64,000 nucleotides of DNA from an uncultured Eubacteriales bacterium (GCA_964500895.1 CAZCQP010000001.1:46721-110720), one strand, 5' to 3'. Shown: positions 19,335-29,124, counted from the first letter of the stretch. Notes: generated by a model not told the origin, from the letters alone. Program-made: numbers and translations.

Positions 19335-19913
19335 ATGACAGAAATGATGAAAATGCTGGCAGGAGAACTTTACGACTGCGGGGATGCAGAACTGATGGCC
19401 ATTTGGAACAAGGCCAAAAACTTGATGCGCCAGTACAACCAGCTGGACTATTCAGACGTTCAAGGCCAGGCGGCCATTTTGGCAGAGCTTCTAGGTGAAA
19501 AAGGGGCAAACACCCAAATCACCGCCCCGTTTTTTGTGGATTACGGGAAGTTTATCCGCCTGGGCAACAACTGTGAAGTGAACATGAACTGCGTATTTTT
19601 AGACTGTAACTGGATTACCATTGGGGACAACGCCCTCATTGCCCCCGGGGTGCATATTTACACGGTGTTTCACCCTGTAAGTGCCAAAGATCGGATGAAC
19701 CCCAACCCCAAAGGCAACTTTCCCTTTGCCGTGTCTAAAACCGCCCCTGTGACCATTGGAGACAACGTATGGATTGGGGGCGGCAGCATCATTATGCCGG
19801 GGGTAACCATCGGCAACAACGTCACCATTGGGGCAGGCAGTGTGGTCACCAAGTCTTTGCCGGACAATGTGCTGGCTTATGGTAACCCCTGCCGGGTGAT
19901 TAAAAGCATTTAA
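19335..19913 (+). CDS. maa: maltose/galactoside O-acetyltransferase (left-handed beta-helix)
   Basis: N-terminal Mac domain (MLAGELYD...) followed by hexapeptide repeats (IGDNVWIGGGSIIMPGVTIGNNVTIGAGSVV). Confidence 0.85.
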   Translation: MTEMMKMLAGELYDCGDAELMAIWNKAKNLMRQYNQLDYSDVQGQAAILAELLGEKGANTQITAPFFVDYGKFIRLGNNCEVNMNCVFLDCNWITIGDNALIAPGVHIYTVFHPVSAKDRMNPNPKGNFPFAVSKTAPVTIGDNVWIGGGSIIMPGVTIGNNVTIGAGSVVTKSLPDNVLAYGNPCRVIKSI

Positions 19914-21328
19914 ATCCTGTTTTGCGCCGAAGCATAAATGGCTTCCAGTTCCTTGAACTTCTCAGGCGCTAAGGCATATACCGGGGGCGCTTCATACAGC
20001 CTCCGGGCTTCCTTTTTGGCCTCCTCCAGCATGAAATCTTGCCCGGAGGGGCTTTTTTTGTTGCCCCGGTTGAAATAAGGGGAATAGTCCAGATATGCAC
20101 GGTAATTGTCTAGTGTGTTTTCAGACAGCAGAAAGCCGGAATCCAAGCACTGGGCCGCTTCCTCTGCAAAACCTTCCAAAAATTCCAGCACCGGCGCTTC
20201 CAAAAGCCCTTCCACTTGCTTCAAACGCAAGCAGTCTAAGATTAATTCCACCGGGGAAAACACCTCGTCTACAGACAATGTACCGATGCAGTAAAACAAA
20301 GTGGCCCCGGTGAAAGCCCCGGCCGTCATGATGCTCACTTTTTCCAACGCAGACTGGGCATCGCTTGCCCCCGCCGCCGTATGGATGTTGATGCTATGTA
20401 TGTTGGGTGGCGTGCCTAGAAGCTGGGCGGTGAAATCCTCTGCCAGCCGCTCGTACACAAACTTTTGGGGCGTTCCAAAGGCATACTGCATGGCCTGCAA
20501 ATCAAAGGGGTTTATGTTGGGTTTTAGGTAGCAAGGCAGCCCGGTAAGCTTATGCATCAAAAGCCCCGCCCCCAGCACTTCTGCCAAGCACAAAGCCAAA
20601 CTGCCAGACACAGACAAAGGTGCTGTGCTGCCTAAAGCAGGCATGGCAAAGACATAAAAGTCCTCCAGCTTGTCTTTAAAACGCCAGACCATTTCTGCTG
20701 ATTCCCCAGCCAGGCACAAAGGGGTGATGGTATACACCGGCAGCCGCTTGATGGGCTGGTTCATGACTTGTGCCATTTCAAACATGTACTGGGCAGAAAG
20801 CAGAGAGGTTGGCTCTATGGGAATGGTACCCGGGGCGTGCTGGGCGCTTATTTTATATTTAAGCAGAGAATCCAGCGCCGGGTCTACATCTGCCGGGGTG
20901 CCAGGGGCAAAAGGGGCAAAACGGCTAGAGAAGGCTTCCGCTACCTTTGCACAAAACTGGGTGTCCTGGATAAGGGCATCCGTATCAAAGGGAGACACTT
21001 CTTCTGTGAAAGGGTCTAACCGCCGCAATGCATAGGAACACTGCACCCCACGCAGCTTTTGAGCAGACAGCTTAGCTTCCGTTTCTTTTATAAGCAACCC
21101 ATTATTCTGCCGCAAAACTTCCAAAAAGCTGTGGCTTTCCCCTTTAGGAATAACCGCCCTACCCTTGGCGGAAAAAGAGACCCCGGCTTTTTTTAATGCA
21201 TCGGCCATGTCCGGGTTGGGCACTGCAATGCCCACCGTTTCAAGCAAGTCAAAGGCCGCCAGTGTGATTTCTTCCACTTTTGCTTTAGAGATATAGTCTG
21301 TGGTTTGAAGCTTTCTGATGGGTGCCAT
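19910..21328 (-). CDS. MttB-superfamily (trimethylamine methyltransferase-like) protein, no in-frame amber codon
   Basis: 472 aa. The N-terminal pattern KVEEITLAAFDLLETVGIAVPNPDMADALKKAGVSF.. resembles the second MttB-like gene at 34616..36052. The size fits the family. Last gene of the frl-like operon. Confidence 0.65.
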   Translation of the reverse strand: MAPIRKLQTTDYISKAKVEEITLAAFDLLETVGIAVPNPDMADALKKAGVSFSAKGRAVIPKGESHSFLEVLRQNNGLLIKETEAKLSAQKLRGVQCSYALRRLDPFTEEVSPFDTDALIQDTQFCAKVAEAFSSRFAPFAPGTPADVDPALDSLLKYKISAQHAPGTIPIEPTSLLSAQYMFEMAQVMNQPIKRLPVYTITPLCLAGESAEMVWRFKDKLEDFYVFAMPALGSTAPLSVSGSLALCLAEVLGAGLLMHKLTGLPCYLKPNINPFDLQAMQYAFGTPQKFVYERLAEDFTAQLLGTPPNIHSINIHTAAGASDAQSALEKVSIMTAGAFTGATLFYCIGTLSVDEVFSPVELILDCLRLKQVEGLLEAPVLEFLEGFAEEAAQCLDSGFLLSENTLDNYRAYLDYSPYFNRGNKKSPSGQDFMLEEAKKEARRLYEAPPVYALAPEKFKELEAIYASAQNRI

Positions 21329-21348
21329 GGAAGCTGTCCTTTCTGTTA

Positions 21349-22380
21349 TTAATAATTGCCCACAATTTTGGTTAAATAACGGAAGTTATCCACATCCAGC
21401 CCTTGCATCCGTGCCAGCCGTTCTGTTAAAAGCTGAGAGGGCAAAATGGCCGAAATATGGGTAAACACATCTTCACCAGGGGTAAATACAGGCAGAAAAC
21501 GTTCTTCAGCAATGGTTGCAGGCTTATCCGTGGAAACAAAAGTGATGTCGCAACCTGTTTTTTGCAGGAAATCAATGTGTTTAAGGGTTTCGCCCCTGTT
21601 TTGGTCGCAGGGGGCATGGTACAGCACTTGAAGCCCCTTTTCAATAACCTCCACCGCCCCGTGCCGAAATTCGGAGGCCGTCATGCCTTCCGCCATAATC
21701 AGGTTTTTCTCTTTCAGCAAAAGGGCGCTGGCTCTGGCGCTGGCCCCGTTAATGTTATCTGCCAGCACAACCATGGCTTTTTCTTTCAACAAAATGTTGG
21801 CCACCGCTTCAATTTTACTTTGGCAGGCCAAAAGGGTTTGCTCCACACAAGCGGGAATGCGGGCCAGATGAGTCATGGCGGCTTCGGAATCTGCGGCGGC
21901 CACTAAATACAGCAGCATCACGGTAGCCGTATAGGTTTTGGTGGCAGAGCTTACTTCCTTCCCTGCCCCCATCAACAAGGTTTTGGTGGCCATGGTGGCC
22001 AGAGTGGAGCCTTCTTCATTGGTAAGGCCCCAGAAAGGCAAGCCACGTTCGGCCATTAAATGGCACATTTGCTTGGTTTCAAAGCTTTCCCCGGATTGGG
22101 AAATGAGCACCACGGCACTTTTTTCATTAAACAAATGGGTGTAGTAGCCAATTTCACTGGCAGGCAAAACCACAGGCACACGCCCGGCATATTTGGCAAA
22201 AGCCGTCACACAAGCCAGCGCACCGTTTAAGGAGCCGCCTGTGCCTACAATGAAAATGTTTTCTTTAGACAACACATCTTTTTTAAAACCACTGTAGTCC
22301 TGGGCGTTTTGCACCAGCCCCGCCAATACGTCCGGTTGTTCCCAGATATTTTGAAGCATTCCGCTTTTCATTTGAATCAT
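21349..22380 (-). CDS. tandem-SIS domain protein (FrlB/GlmS-isomerase/AgaS-like deglycase or isomerase)
   Basis: 343 aa with two SIS modules (IFIVGTGGSLNGAL..LISQSGES and VVLADNINGASARASALLLKE). 4-nt overlap with the upstream permease gene. Confidence 0.8.
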   Translation of the reverse strand: MIQMKSGMLQNIWEQPDVLAGLVQNAQDYSGFKKDVLSKENIFIVGTGGSLNGALACVTAFAKYAGRVPVVLPASEIGYYTHLFNEKSAVVLISQSGESFETKQMCHLMAERGLPFWGLTNEEGSTLATMATKTLLMGAGKEVSSATKTYTATVMLLYLVAAADSEAAMTHLARIPACVEQTLLACQSKIEAVANILLKEKAMVVLADNINGASARASALLLKEKNLIMAEGMTASEFRHGAVEVIEKGLQVLYHAPCDQNRGETLKHIDFLQKTGCDITFVSTDKPATIAEERFLPVFTPGEDVFTHISAILPSQLLTERLARMQGLDVDNFRYLTKIVGNY

Positions 22381-23225
22381 CCTTTCACGGCTCCGGCCAC
22401 CAGGCCTTCGGCCAATCTTCTTTGGAAAATAATATACAAAATGATGGAAGGTATCATCACCATGTTCAGCCCGGCGAACAACGTTACCCAGTCCGCTTTT
22501 AATTTAAAGGTGGCCATCAGGCCAATAAGCCCCACCGGCAACGTCCGTTTGGCTGGCTCGTTCACAAAGGTAAGGGCAAAAATGTAGTCGTTCCATATCC
22601 AGATTAAGTTAAAAATAACGGTGGTCATCACCCCGTTTCTAGACAGGGGGAACACAATTTGCCAAAACTTGCGGTTGAAGGAACAGCCGTCGATGGTGGC
22701 GGCTTCTTCAATTTCCTTGGGTAACGCCCGGTAAAAGCCGTTCAGCACCAAGATGGAGTATGGCAGGCTGAAAACGGTGTACAAAAGGACCAGCGTTACC
22801 CGGCTGTTTAACAGGTTCAGGCTATTGAGCAGCAAAAATTCCGATGGCAAAATAAGCGCTGTGGGCACATACAGCCCGGAGAGAAAGATGAATAGAATCA
22901 GCCCGTTTACCCGCAAGTTAATGCGCACCAAAATGTAGGAAACAGTAGAGGCCAGCACCGTGGCTAACCCCACAGCAGACAATGTAACCAATACGCTGTT
23001 CATCATGTATGTACTGAATTTCACCTTTTGCCAGGCGTTTACAAAGTTTTGGAACGCCAGCCCTTGCCCCAGCGCCCAAGGGTCTGCCACAAATTCGGCG
23101 TTGGTTTTAAAGGAGGTCATTACAATCCAAAAAATGGGCAAGATGATGAGCAAGGCATACACATACAGCAGCCCTTTGATGCAAAAATCCATGGGTTTTA
23201 GCCCGTTTAAGCTTGATTTTCCCAT
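22377..23225 (-). CDS. carbohydrate ABC transporter permease (MalG-like)
   Basis: 282-aa polytopic protein with EAA loop EAATIDGCSFNRKFWQIVFP. Confidence 0.88.
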   Translation of the reverse strand: MGKSSLNGLKPMDFCIKGLLYVYALLIILPIFWIVMTSFKTNAEFVADPWALGQGLAFQNFVNAWQKVKFSTYMMNSVLVTLSAVGLATVLASTVSYILVRINLRVNGLILFIFLSGLYVPTALILPSEFLLLNSLNLLNSRVTLVLLYTVFSLPYSILVLNGFYRALPKEIEEAATIDGCSFNRKFWQIVFPLSRNGVMTTVIFNLIWIWNDYIFALTFVNEPAKRTLPVGLIGLMATFKLKADWVTLFAGLNMVMIPSIILYIIFQRRLAEGLVAGAVKG

Positions 23226-24136
23226 TATGCATCCCCCTTTGGCTTGGTCAGGTTCAACACTAGAAACACGGTGACGGCGGTTAAAGCAAATAGCACAATG
23301 CCAATGGCAGAGGAATAACCGTAGTCATAGTCCACAAAAGCCGTTTTGTACAGGTATGTGGTTAAAAGTTCGCTGGCCCGGTCTGGGCCGCCTTTGGTCA
23401 TCACATATACCAGCTCGAAAGAGTAATTAAAAGCCGTGATAACGAAAAAGGCCAGTGCCGTGCGGATGTTTTCCCATATGGAAGGAATGGTAATGAAAAA
23501 AAACTTTTGGTAGCCGTTGGCCCCGTCTACATCTGAAGACTCGTAAATGTCCCCGGAAATGTTGGACATGGCGGCTAAAAATAAAATCATGTAAAAGCCA
23601 ATGTTTATCCACACCATGGGCACCGTAATGGCCCCCATAATCACATTTTTATCCCCCAGCCATATTCGGGTTAAATGGTGCAAGTTCAAGCTTTCTAAAA
23701 TGGTGTTAAACACCCCGAAGGACGGATTGTACAAGAAGTTCCATAAAATAGCAACAATGGTAACCGATAGCACATGGGGTACAAAAAATAATATTCTAAA
23801 AAAAGTGTTTTCCTTGTATTTTTTCTGCACAAAAATGTTGGCAAATATAATAGAGAGGGTGAATGTAATGAGGGTACACCAGAACAGCAAAAACAAATTA
23901 TTTTTAAGCGCCGCCCAAACAATAGGGTCTGCAAAAAGCCGCTTGAAATTATCCAGCTTGATAAACGTGCCCGAGTTGGTATAAATGGACCACTCAAAAA
24001 AACTCATGTAAAAGGATTTTAAATAGGGGTACACGCAAAACAGCAAAAACAAGCCCAGCGTGGGCACCAGATACACCAAAGCAAACAGCTTTTCCTGTAT
24101 GTCATGCTTTTTAAGCTGTGCAGACAGTCTCTCCAT
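23225..24136 (-). CDS. carbohydrate ABC transporter permease (MalF-like)
   Basis: Start trimmed to MERLSAQL.. behind AAAGGAGGAAAAC. Contains the loop ESSDVDGANGYQKFFFITIP. Confidence 0.88.
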   Translation of the reverse strand: MERLSAQLKKHDIQEKLFALVYLVPTLGLFLLFCVYPYLKSFYMSFFEWSIYTNSGTFIKLDNFKRLFADPIVWAALKNNLFLLFWCTLITFTLSIIFANIFVQKKYKENTFFRILFFVPHVLSVTIVAILWNFLYNPSFGVFNTILESLNLHHLTRIWLGDKNVIMGAITVPMVWINIGFYMILFLAAMSNISGDIYESSDVDGANGYQKFFFITIPSIWENIRTALAFFVITAFNYSFELVYVMTKGGPDRASELLTTYLYKTAFVDYDYGYSSAIGIVLFALTAVTVFLVLNLTKPKGDA

Positions 24137-25238
24137 GTTTTCCTCCTTTTGCCGCCAAATAGCTGCAAAGCTGCTCCCGGGTGGGGCTATGGCCCTTCTC
24201 CACATAAAAACTGCCCACGGCCCCGGCCACTGCCAACACTTCCGTCATGTTCAAGCCCCCACGCAGCCCCAGCAAAAGCCCGGCGTTGTAGTTGTCGCCA
24301 CCGCCTGTTGAAATGACTGGGTGTTCTACAAAAAAACCTTCATGGGTGTACGTATTGCCTTCCACCCATGCCACAGAGCCAGACACCGGATGGATAACCA
24401 CCCCTTGCACACCCAGTTTCTGGGCAATGGCTTCCGCCAACCGGGGCAAGTCTTCTTCCTCGGTGGCAATGTTCAGAAATTGCCGCAAAAGAACGGCTTC
24501 GTTTTGGTTTAAGCTTACCACCACTCGGCGGTACAGGGCGTAGTCTTTTAAAATATCCCCCATCGCCTGCACGTGTTCGGCATTGTGCCGGGAACAGTCT
24601 GTAATGTCTACCAATACCAGCTTGTTAAAATCCGAGCCGGCTGGTTTCACCGCCAGTTCCAAAACTCCTTGCCAAATGTTGTTGGAATAGGTCATTTCGC
24701 TCCAGTTCACCAGCCCCACCGTAGCAGCTTGTCCAAACAAGGCTTGTAGTTTTACTTCGCCCAAGGCTTGCACCACAGCTTCAAATTCCAAATCTGCCGC
24801 ATCGCCCATCTGGGCCAACATCACTTTGCCGTCCATAAACTCTAGCGCCGTGCATTTGCCATGGTCCGCCACGGAATGGAGACGGCAGTTTTCCATTCCG
24901 CTAAAGACGGGAGACACCTCCGGGTAGCCCATGGTGCCCACACAATCCACCACCATGCCTAAGCGGCCAAGGGCGGCAGACAAGTTCACCATGTTGCCCC
25001 CCGGCTTGGCCATGATGTTGGCCAGCTCTACCAAGCAACTTAAATGGCTTTTCCCGGCCACAAAGCGGCCGAACTCTCCGATGGTTTTAAAATAATCTTT
25101 TTCCATGTCCGGGCCCACGGCTTCAACTGGGCGAACCAGTTCGTCCACCACTGCGTCAAAGCCGATGCAGGCCCCGTCTTCTATCAATTCCGGTAAGGAC
25201 TGTATTTTCTGAATAATCACATCAATATCCGGCTTCAT
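24111..25238 (-). CDS. PfkB/ribokinase-family sugar kinase
   Basis: 375 aa. KPGGNMVNLSAALGRLG (sugar lid) and the C-terminal anion-hole motif STGGGDNYNAGLLLG. Confidence 0.75.
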   Translation of the reverse strand: MKPDIDVIIQKIQSLPELIEDGACIGFDAVVDELVRPVEAVGPDMEKDYFKTIGEFGRFVAGKSHLSCLVELANIMAKPGGNMVNLSAALGRLGMVVDCVGTMGYPEVSPVFSGMENCRLHSVADHGKCTALEFMDGKVMLAQMGDAADLEFEAVVQALGEVKLQALFGQAATVGLVNWSEMTYSNNIWQGVLELAVKPAGSDFNKLVLVDITDCSRHNAEHVQAMGDILKDYALYRRVVVSLNQNEAVLLRQFLNIATEEEDLPRLAEAIAQKLGVQGVVIHPVSGSVAWVEGNTYTHEGFFVEHPVISTGGGDNYNAGLLLGLRGGLNMTEVLAVAGAVGSFYVEKGHSPTREQLCSYLAAKGGKHGETVCTA

Positions 25239-26427
25239 ATTCTATTCCTTTATCCATATTTTGCGGCTTCCATAATAAATAGGCCATTTCCGCCGCACCC
25301 AGAAGCACGGTGCTTTGGCTGTCCTCGTCGTAGCATATGTCCACCGGACTTGCACCCCGCACCACCCGCCGGGCTTCGTTCACTTCCTGCACCACCGGCA
25401 GCATGTGTTCAAAAAGCACTTGGGGAATGCCCCCAACAACGATGGTTTCAGGGTCAAACAAGTTCACCAGCAAAGACACGAGCTCACCCAATACGGCGCC
25501 ATTGTCTTTGGCCACCGCCACTGCTTTTTCATCGTTGGCTGCCAATTTTTCCATGAACATTTCCCATCCGGCCATATCGCCCGCAGGAAATGCCCGCCCA
25601 ATAAATTTTTCTGAGAAGCCGTATAAAGATAAATCTGTTTGCACGCACCGGGGGCAACCACAAATGCGGCAATTTTTGCTTAGCTTACCCAAGGGAATGT
25701 GGCATATTTCAGAACCGTAACCGTTTCGGCCCAGCACTTGCCGGCCGCCGGACAAAATGCCCACGCCAACCCCTTCGCTTAAATAAATGTAAATTATATC
25801 TTTTTTGTGGCTTACATTGGTTGTAGCCATGACGCACAAGTTGGATTCATTTTCTATATGCACAGGCACGTTCAGCGCCTGGCTGAGCATGGTTTTAATG
25901 GGCTGGCATTCAAACAAATCCAGTTCCGATGCCACAATGGTTTCTGTGTGGATGTCGTAAATGCCGGAAACAGCCACGCTCATGCCCACCACTTTTTGCC
26001 GCATGCGCTCTGCAAAACCATACTCATACTGGTTTTTGGTGCATTGGATAAGCTGCTCCAATGTCATTTGGGGGCCATAGGTAAAATCTATTTGGTGCAC
26101 TTGCTCTAAAAATAGGTTATACAGCGCCAGCCGTACCTTTCCAATGCGGTGGAAATCTGCCACAGCCAAATACCGGGCCTGTTTGTTCAGAGACAACACT
26201 TTCGGCAGCCGCCCCACAGCCACGGCATGGGTTTCCTCCAGCCCCGTCTCCAGCACAATGCCCTTTTCCAACAGCTGGTTACACATGGTAGACACCGTGG
26301 CGAAACTAAGCCCCAAATGGCTGGCAATGTCTTTCTTGGTGGCAGGGCTGTTGGTGCGTAAATACCCTACAATACGTTTTAAATTATAATTTTTAATTTC
26401 AACAACACTTTGAATAGCTGGGGACAT
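25222..26427 (-). CDS. ROK-family transcriptional regulator
   Basis: N-terminal wHTH (NLKRIVGYLRTNSPATKKDIASHLGLSFATVSTMCNQLLEKG) plus a ROK sugar-kinase-like body with a Cys motif (CRICGCPRC). Start trimmed to MSPAIQ. Confidence 0.85.
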   Translation of the reverse strand: MSPAIQSVVEIKNYNLKRIVGYLRTNSPATKKDIASHLGLSFATVSTMCNQLLEKGIVLETGLEETHAVAVGRLPKVLSLNKQARYLAVADFHRIGKVRLALYNLFLEQVHQIDFTYGPQMTLEQLIQCTKNQYEYGFAERMRQKVVGMSVAVSGIYDIHTETIVASELDLFECQPIKTMLSQALNVPVHIENESNLCVMATTNVSHKKDIIYIYLSEGVGVGILSGGRQVLGRNGYGSEICHIPLGKLSKNCRICGCPRCVQTDLSLYGFSEKFIGRAFPAGDMAGWEMFMEKLAANDEKAVAVAKDNGAVLGELVSLLVNLFDPETIVVGGIPQVLFEHMLPVVQEVNEARRVVRGASPVDICYDEDSQSTVLLGAAEMAYLLWKPQNMDKGIEYEAGY

Positions 26428-26540
26428 AAGACACCTTACTTTCTTTTTGGTTAATGATTCAAAAAGTGTGTGTTTAGAGAAATGCCGAAGATATGGCATT
26501 TCTCTAAACTTTATCCGTCTTATCGGCAGCCCATGATGTA

Positions 26541-27860
26541 TTATTCTACTACTGCTAATGCATCTAACCGTTCACAAAAGGCTTTTGCATCAATTTCCCC
26601 TACAGAAAGGGCATTCACCGCATTGGTGATTTCTGCAAACAGCTTTTTGTTGGTCAGCCGGTAGCTGGCCACAGATGATACAGCGTTTTGCTGAAGCGCC
26701 AGTGTGGCCTGCACACTGCCCGGAAGCATGGCCTTCATTTCCTCACTCACATTTTGGAAAGCCATCAGCGCCCCAGTTTCCTCCAGGCATTTTGCTGCAT
26801 TTTCCTGTGAATAGAAGTATTGTAGCAGTTCTGCCACATAAGGCAAGTTTGCATCGGTTGCCTGTTTAGGTAAAATCATCACTTCAATAATGGGCGTGAA
26901 CACTGGCTTGCCGTCTTCGGTGGGCACGGCAAAAGGCATCAGTTCAAAACCTTCGGGCCATTGGTCGCCCATTTCACCTTCCAGCCAGGTTCCAACAGGA
27001 ATGAACGCCGCTTTATGGTTGATAAATTCAATTTGAGACTGAATGTGGTCCATAGCGATAGAGTTAGGGGTTACATACCCAGCGTCCACCAGCTTTTGCC
27101 ATTCTTCAACAGCCGCAACCACAGAAGGGTTCATCCATGCGCCTTTTTCCCCTTTGTTCAAAGCTTCTGCCGCAGCCGGGTCTTTGGACACAATCAGCGG
27201 GTAAATGAAGCTGTCATGCACCATAAAGGCATAGGCGCCGCCATAGACCATGGGGGTAACCCCTTCACTATGTAATTGGGCACAGGCTGCTTTGAAGCCA
27301 TCCATGGTAGCCAATGCGGCAGGATCTATGCCTTGTGCGGCTAGAAAGGCGTTGTCGTAAAAATTGGCGGCCACATATTGGGTTAAGGGCAGCAGGTAGT
27401 GGCTGCCTTCCCAGTTGCCTAAATCCAGACCGGCTTGCAGCAGCCTGTCTTTTAAGGTTTCGTCTCCCTCGGCGGTGTTCATGGCCAGCACGTCATCCAC
27501 CGGGTTTAACATGCCGTCTTTATACATGCCGTAAAGGTCTACATCGGAAGCCCAGGAAAAGAAAATATCCGGCGCATTTTTTGAAGCCATCAGGTTGTTG
27601 ATTTCACTGTATGCTTCCGGTGAAATGTTTAAATTGATGGTAATGTCCGGGTATTTTTCTTGCATCTTCGCCACAGCATAATCCATAAACGGCTCGGTCA
27701 CTTCTTGTTGCCACAAAATATCAATGACAATATCTTTGCCTGTGCCTGCTCCTTCACCGCTGCTGTTTGCGGGGGCAGCTGGTTCGGCTGCGCTTTTTCC
27801 ACAAGCAGCCAATGTAAGGGTGAGTGCGCCGACCAAAATCAAGCTTATCCATTTTTTCAT
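26541..27860 (-). CDS. ABC transporter extracellular sugar-binding lipoprotein
   Basis: Lipobox LTLAACG. 439-aa family-1 SBP-like protein. First gene of the operon. Confidence 0.85.
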   Translation of the reverse strand: MKKWISLILVGALTLTLAACGKSAAEPAAPANSSGEGAGTGKDIVIDILWQQEVTEPFMDYAVAKMQEKYPDITINLNISPEAYSEINNLMASKNAPDIFFSWASDVDLYGMYKDGMLNPVDDVLAMNTAEGDETLKDRLLQAGLDLGNWEGSHYLLPLTQYVAANFYDNAFLAAQGIDPAALATMDGFKAACAQLHSEGVTPMVYGGAYAFMVHDSFIYPLIVSKDPAAAEALNKGEKGAWMNPSVVAAVEEWQKLVDAGYVTPNSIAMDHIQSQIEFINHKAAFIPVGTWLEGEMGDQWPEGFELMPFAVPTEDGKPVFTPIIEVMILPKQATDANLPYVAELLQYFYSQENAAKCLEETGALMAFQNVSEEMKAMLPGSVQATLALQQNAVSSVASYRLTNKKLFAEITNAVNALSVGEIDAKAFCERLDALAVVE

Positions 27861-27905
27861 TGCATGACCTCTCTTCTGTAAATAGTTTAAGTAATTTTAA
27901 CCATT

Positions 27906-27934
27906 ATTATAATACTTAAAATAATATATAACAA
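27906..27934 (-). promoter_or_regulatory. sigma-A type promoter of the frl-like operon, with overlapping inverted repeat
   Basis: Minus-strand read: TTGTTA, 17 nt spacer, TATAAT. The 8-bp inverted repeat TTTAAGTA (27886..27893) / TACTTAAA (27913..27920) brackets the -10 and is a candidate operator. Confidence 0.45.
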
Positions 27935-27997
27935 TATACAAAAGCTTAAAAAAACATATTGGAATCTTGTGTATCTTGTATATTTATCTACTAATCC

Positions 27998-28678
27998 TTA
28001 GCTTTTCTTTGTAATAAAGGGATCCAGCCTACCAGCCAGAGACATGGCCGTCATGGTTTGCAAATACACTTTCCCCGGGCCTGTTAATGTGGTAAGAAAC
28101 AGCCCTTCCCCTCCGAAAATCATATTGGTGAAACCTTTCACCATTTCAGCGGAATAACTGACCGAAGCTTCATAAATAGCCACATGAGCTGTATCCACTT
28201 TCAACTTTTGGCCCGGTGCTAAATCCATTTCCATAATGCTGCCGTCCAGCTCCAAAAACACCAACCCGCTACCTTTCACCCTTTGCAGTAAGAAACCTTC
28301 CCCGCCGAACAAACCGCCTTTTAAACCCTTCACCACTTCTATGGAAAGCTCCACCGTAGGTTGGGCACATAAAAACGCACTCTTTTGGCATATGTATTGT
28401 TTGCCGTCGGATAAGTCTAAGGGAATGATGTGCCCGGGAAAGGAAGAAGCAAACGTGATGTATTGGCCATTGGCTTCAGCGGTGTAGGTGGCCATAAACA
28501 AAGAGTCGCCAGTTAGCATACGCCCCAGCCCTTTTGCCAGGCCCCCTTTCATATTGGTGGACATTTGAATGCCTTCTGTCATCCAGCTCATGCCGCCGGA
28601 CTGGGTATAGATGCTTTCCCCCTGGTTCAGTTCTATGGTTACTGCGGGTAAATTGTTGCCAAATACCTTGTACTGCAT
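27998..28678 (-). CDS. TIGR00266/AIM24-family protein
   Basis: 226 aa. MQYKVFGNNLPAVTIELNQGESIYTQSGGMSWM.. and repeated GGEGF(L)LQ/GGEGLFLT motifs. Confidence 0.75.
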   Translation of the reverse strand: MQYKVFGNNLPAVTIELNQGESIYTQSGGMSWMTEGIQMSTNMKGGLAKGLGRMLTGDSLFMATYTAEANGQYITFASSFPGHIIPLDLSDGKQYICQKSAFLCAQPTVELSIEVVKGLKGGLFGGEGFLLQRVKGSGLVFLELDGSIMEMDLAPGQKLKVDTAHVAIYEASVSYSAEMVKGFTNMIFGGEGLFLTTLTGPGKVYLQTMTAMSLAGRLDPFITKKS

Positions 28679-28772
28679 GAACTTACCTCCTTTTTGAAAT
28701 AATAATATATTATTTATATTTTAGTCATTATATCATATTAATGCAACATATGGCAAAATTACATTTTTTGTG

Positions 28773-28801
28773 TTGCATGTTTTTAAAAGTTGTGATACAA
28801 T
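28773..28801 (+). promoter_or_regulatory. sigma-A type promoter for secG-rnr
   Basis: TTGCAT, 17 nt spacer, TACAAT, with TGa (extended -10). Confidence 0.55.
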
Positions 28802-28827
28802 GCTTGCTGAATAAAGGAGGTGGCGTA

Positions 28828-29073
28828 TTGAGCGCTTTATATATCGTTTTATCTGTGCTATACGGTTTAAGCTGTGTGGCGCTTATCACTGTTATTTTGT
28901 TACAAAAGAAGCGTAGTGCCGGGTTGGGTAACACCATGTCTGGTATGGGCAGTTCTCAAACATACTGGGACAAAAACAAAGGCCGCTCTTTAGAAGGCAC
29001 TCTGGAAAAATACACAAAATTACTTGGTTTCGTTTTCTTTGCATTATCTTTTATATTATGTTTAGTAAAGTAA
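28828..29073 (+). CDS. secG: preprotein translocase subunit SecG
   Basis: 81 aa. TTG start behind AAGGAGG. Two TM helices flank a Gly-rich loop (GLGNTMSGMGSS). Confidence 0.8.
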   Translation: MSALYIVLSVLYGLSCVALITVILLQKKRSAGLGNTMSGMGSSQTYWDKNKGRSLEGTLEKYTKLLGFVFFALSFILCLVK

Positions 29074-29085
29074 TGAATGGGGATT

Positions 29086-29124
29086 AAAAAGAGGGGATAA
29101 TATACATTATCTTCTCTTTTTTTC
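29086..29124 (+). terminator. hairpin plus T-run after secG
   Basis: AAGAGGGGATAA-loop-TTATCTTCTCTT (with G-U pairs), followed by TTTTT. Confidence 0.5.

Noticed and set aside
4650-26499. N-terminal extensions given by the ORF track for the following genes:
- 492-aa flagellin (track start 4739)
- phoP (16996)
- phoR (17691)
- first ABC permease (24205)
- ROK regulator (26499)
- GH18 protein (38502)
- Sel1 protein (42972)
- 460-aa orphan protein (44376)
- gltS (46529)
- yraN (50754)
- pgeF (51097)
- gpsA (55912)
- PsiE-CorC protein (60342)
- COG0523 GTPase (61303)
- aminotransferase (61233)
   Set aside because: In each case an internal start codon sits 5-10 nt downstream of a clear GGAGG-type RBS and matches the expected family N-terminus. 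The extensions overlap upstream genes or promoters.
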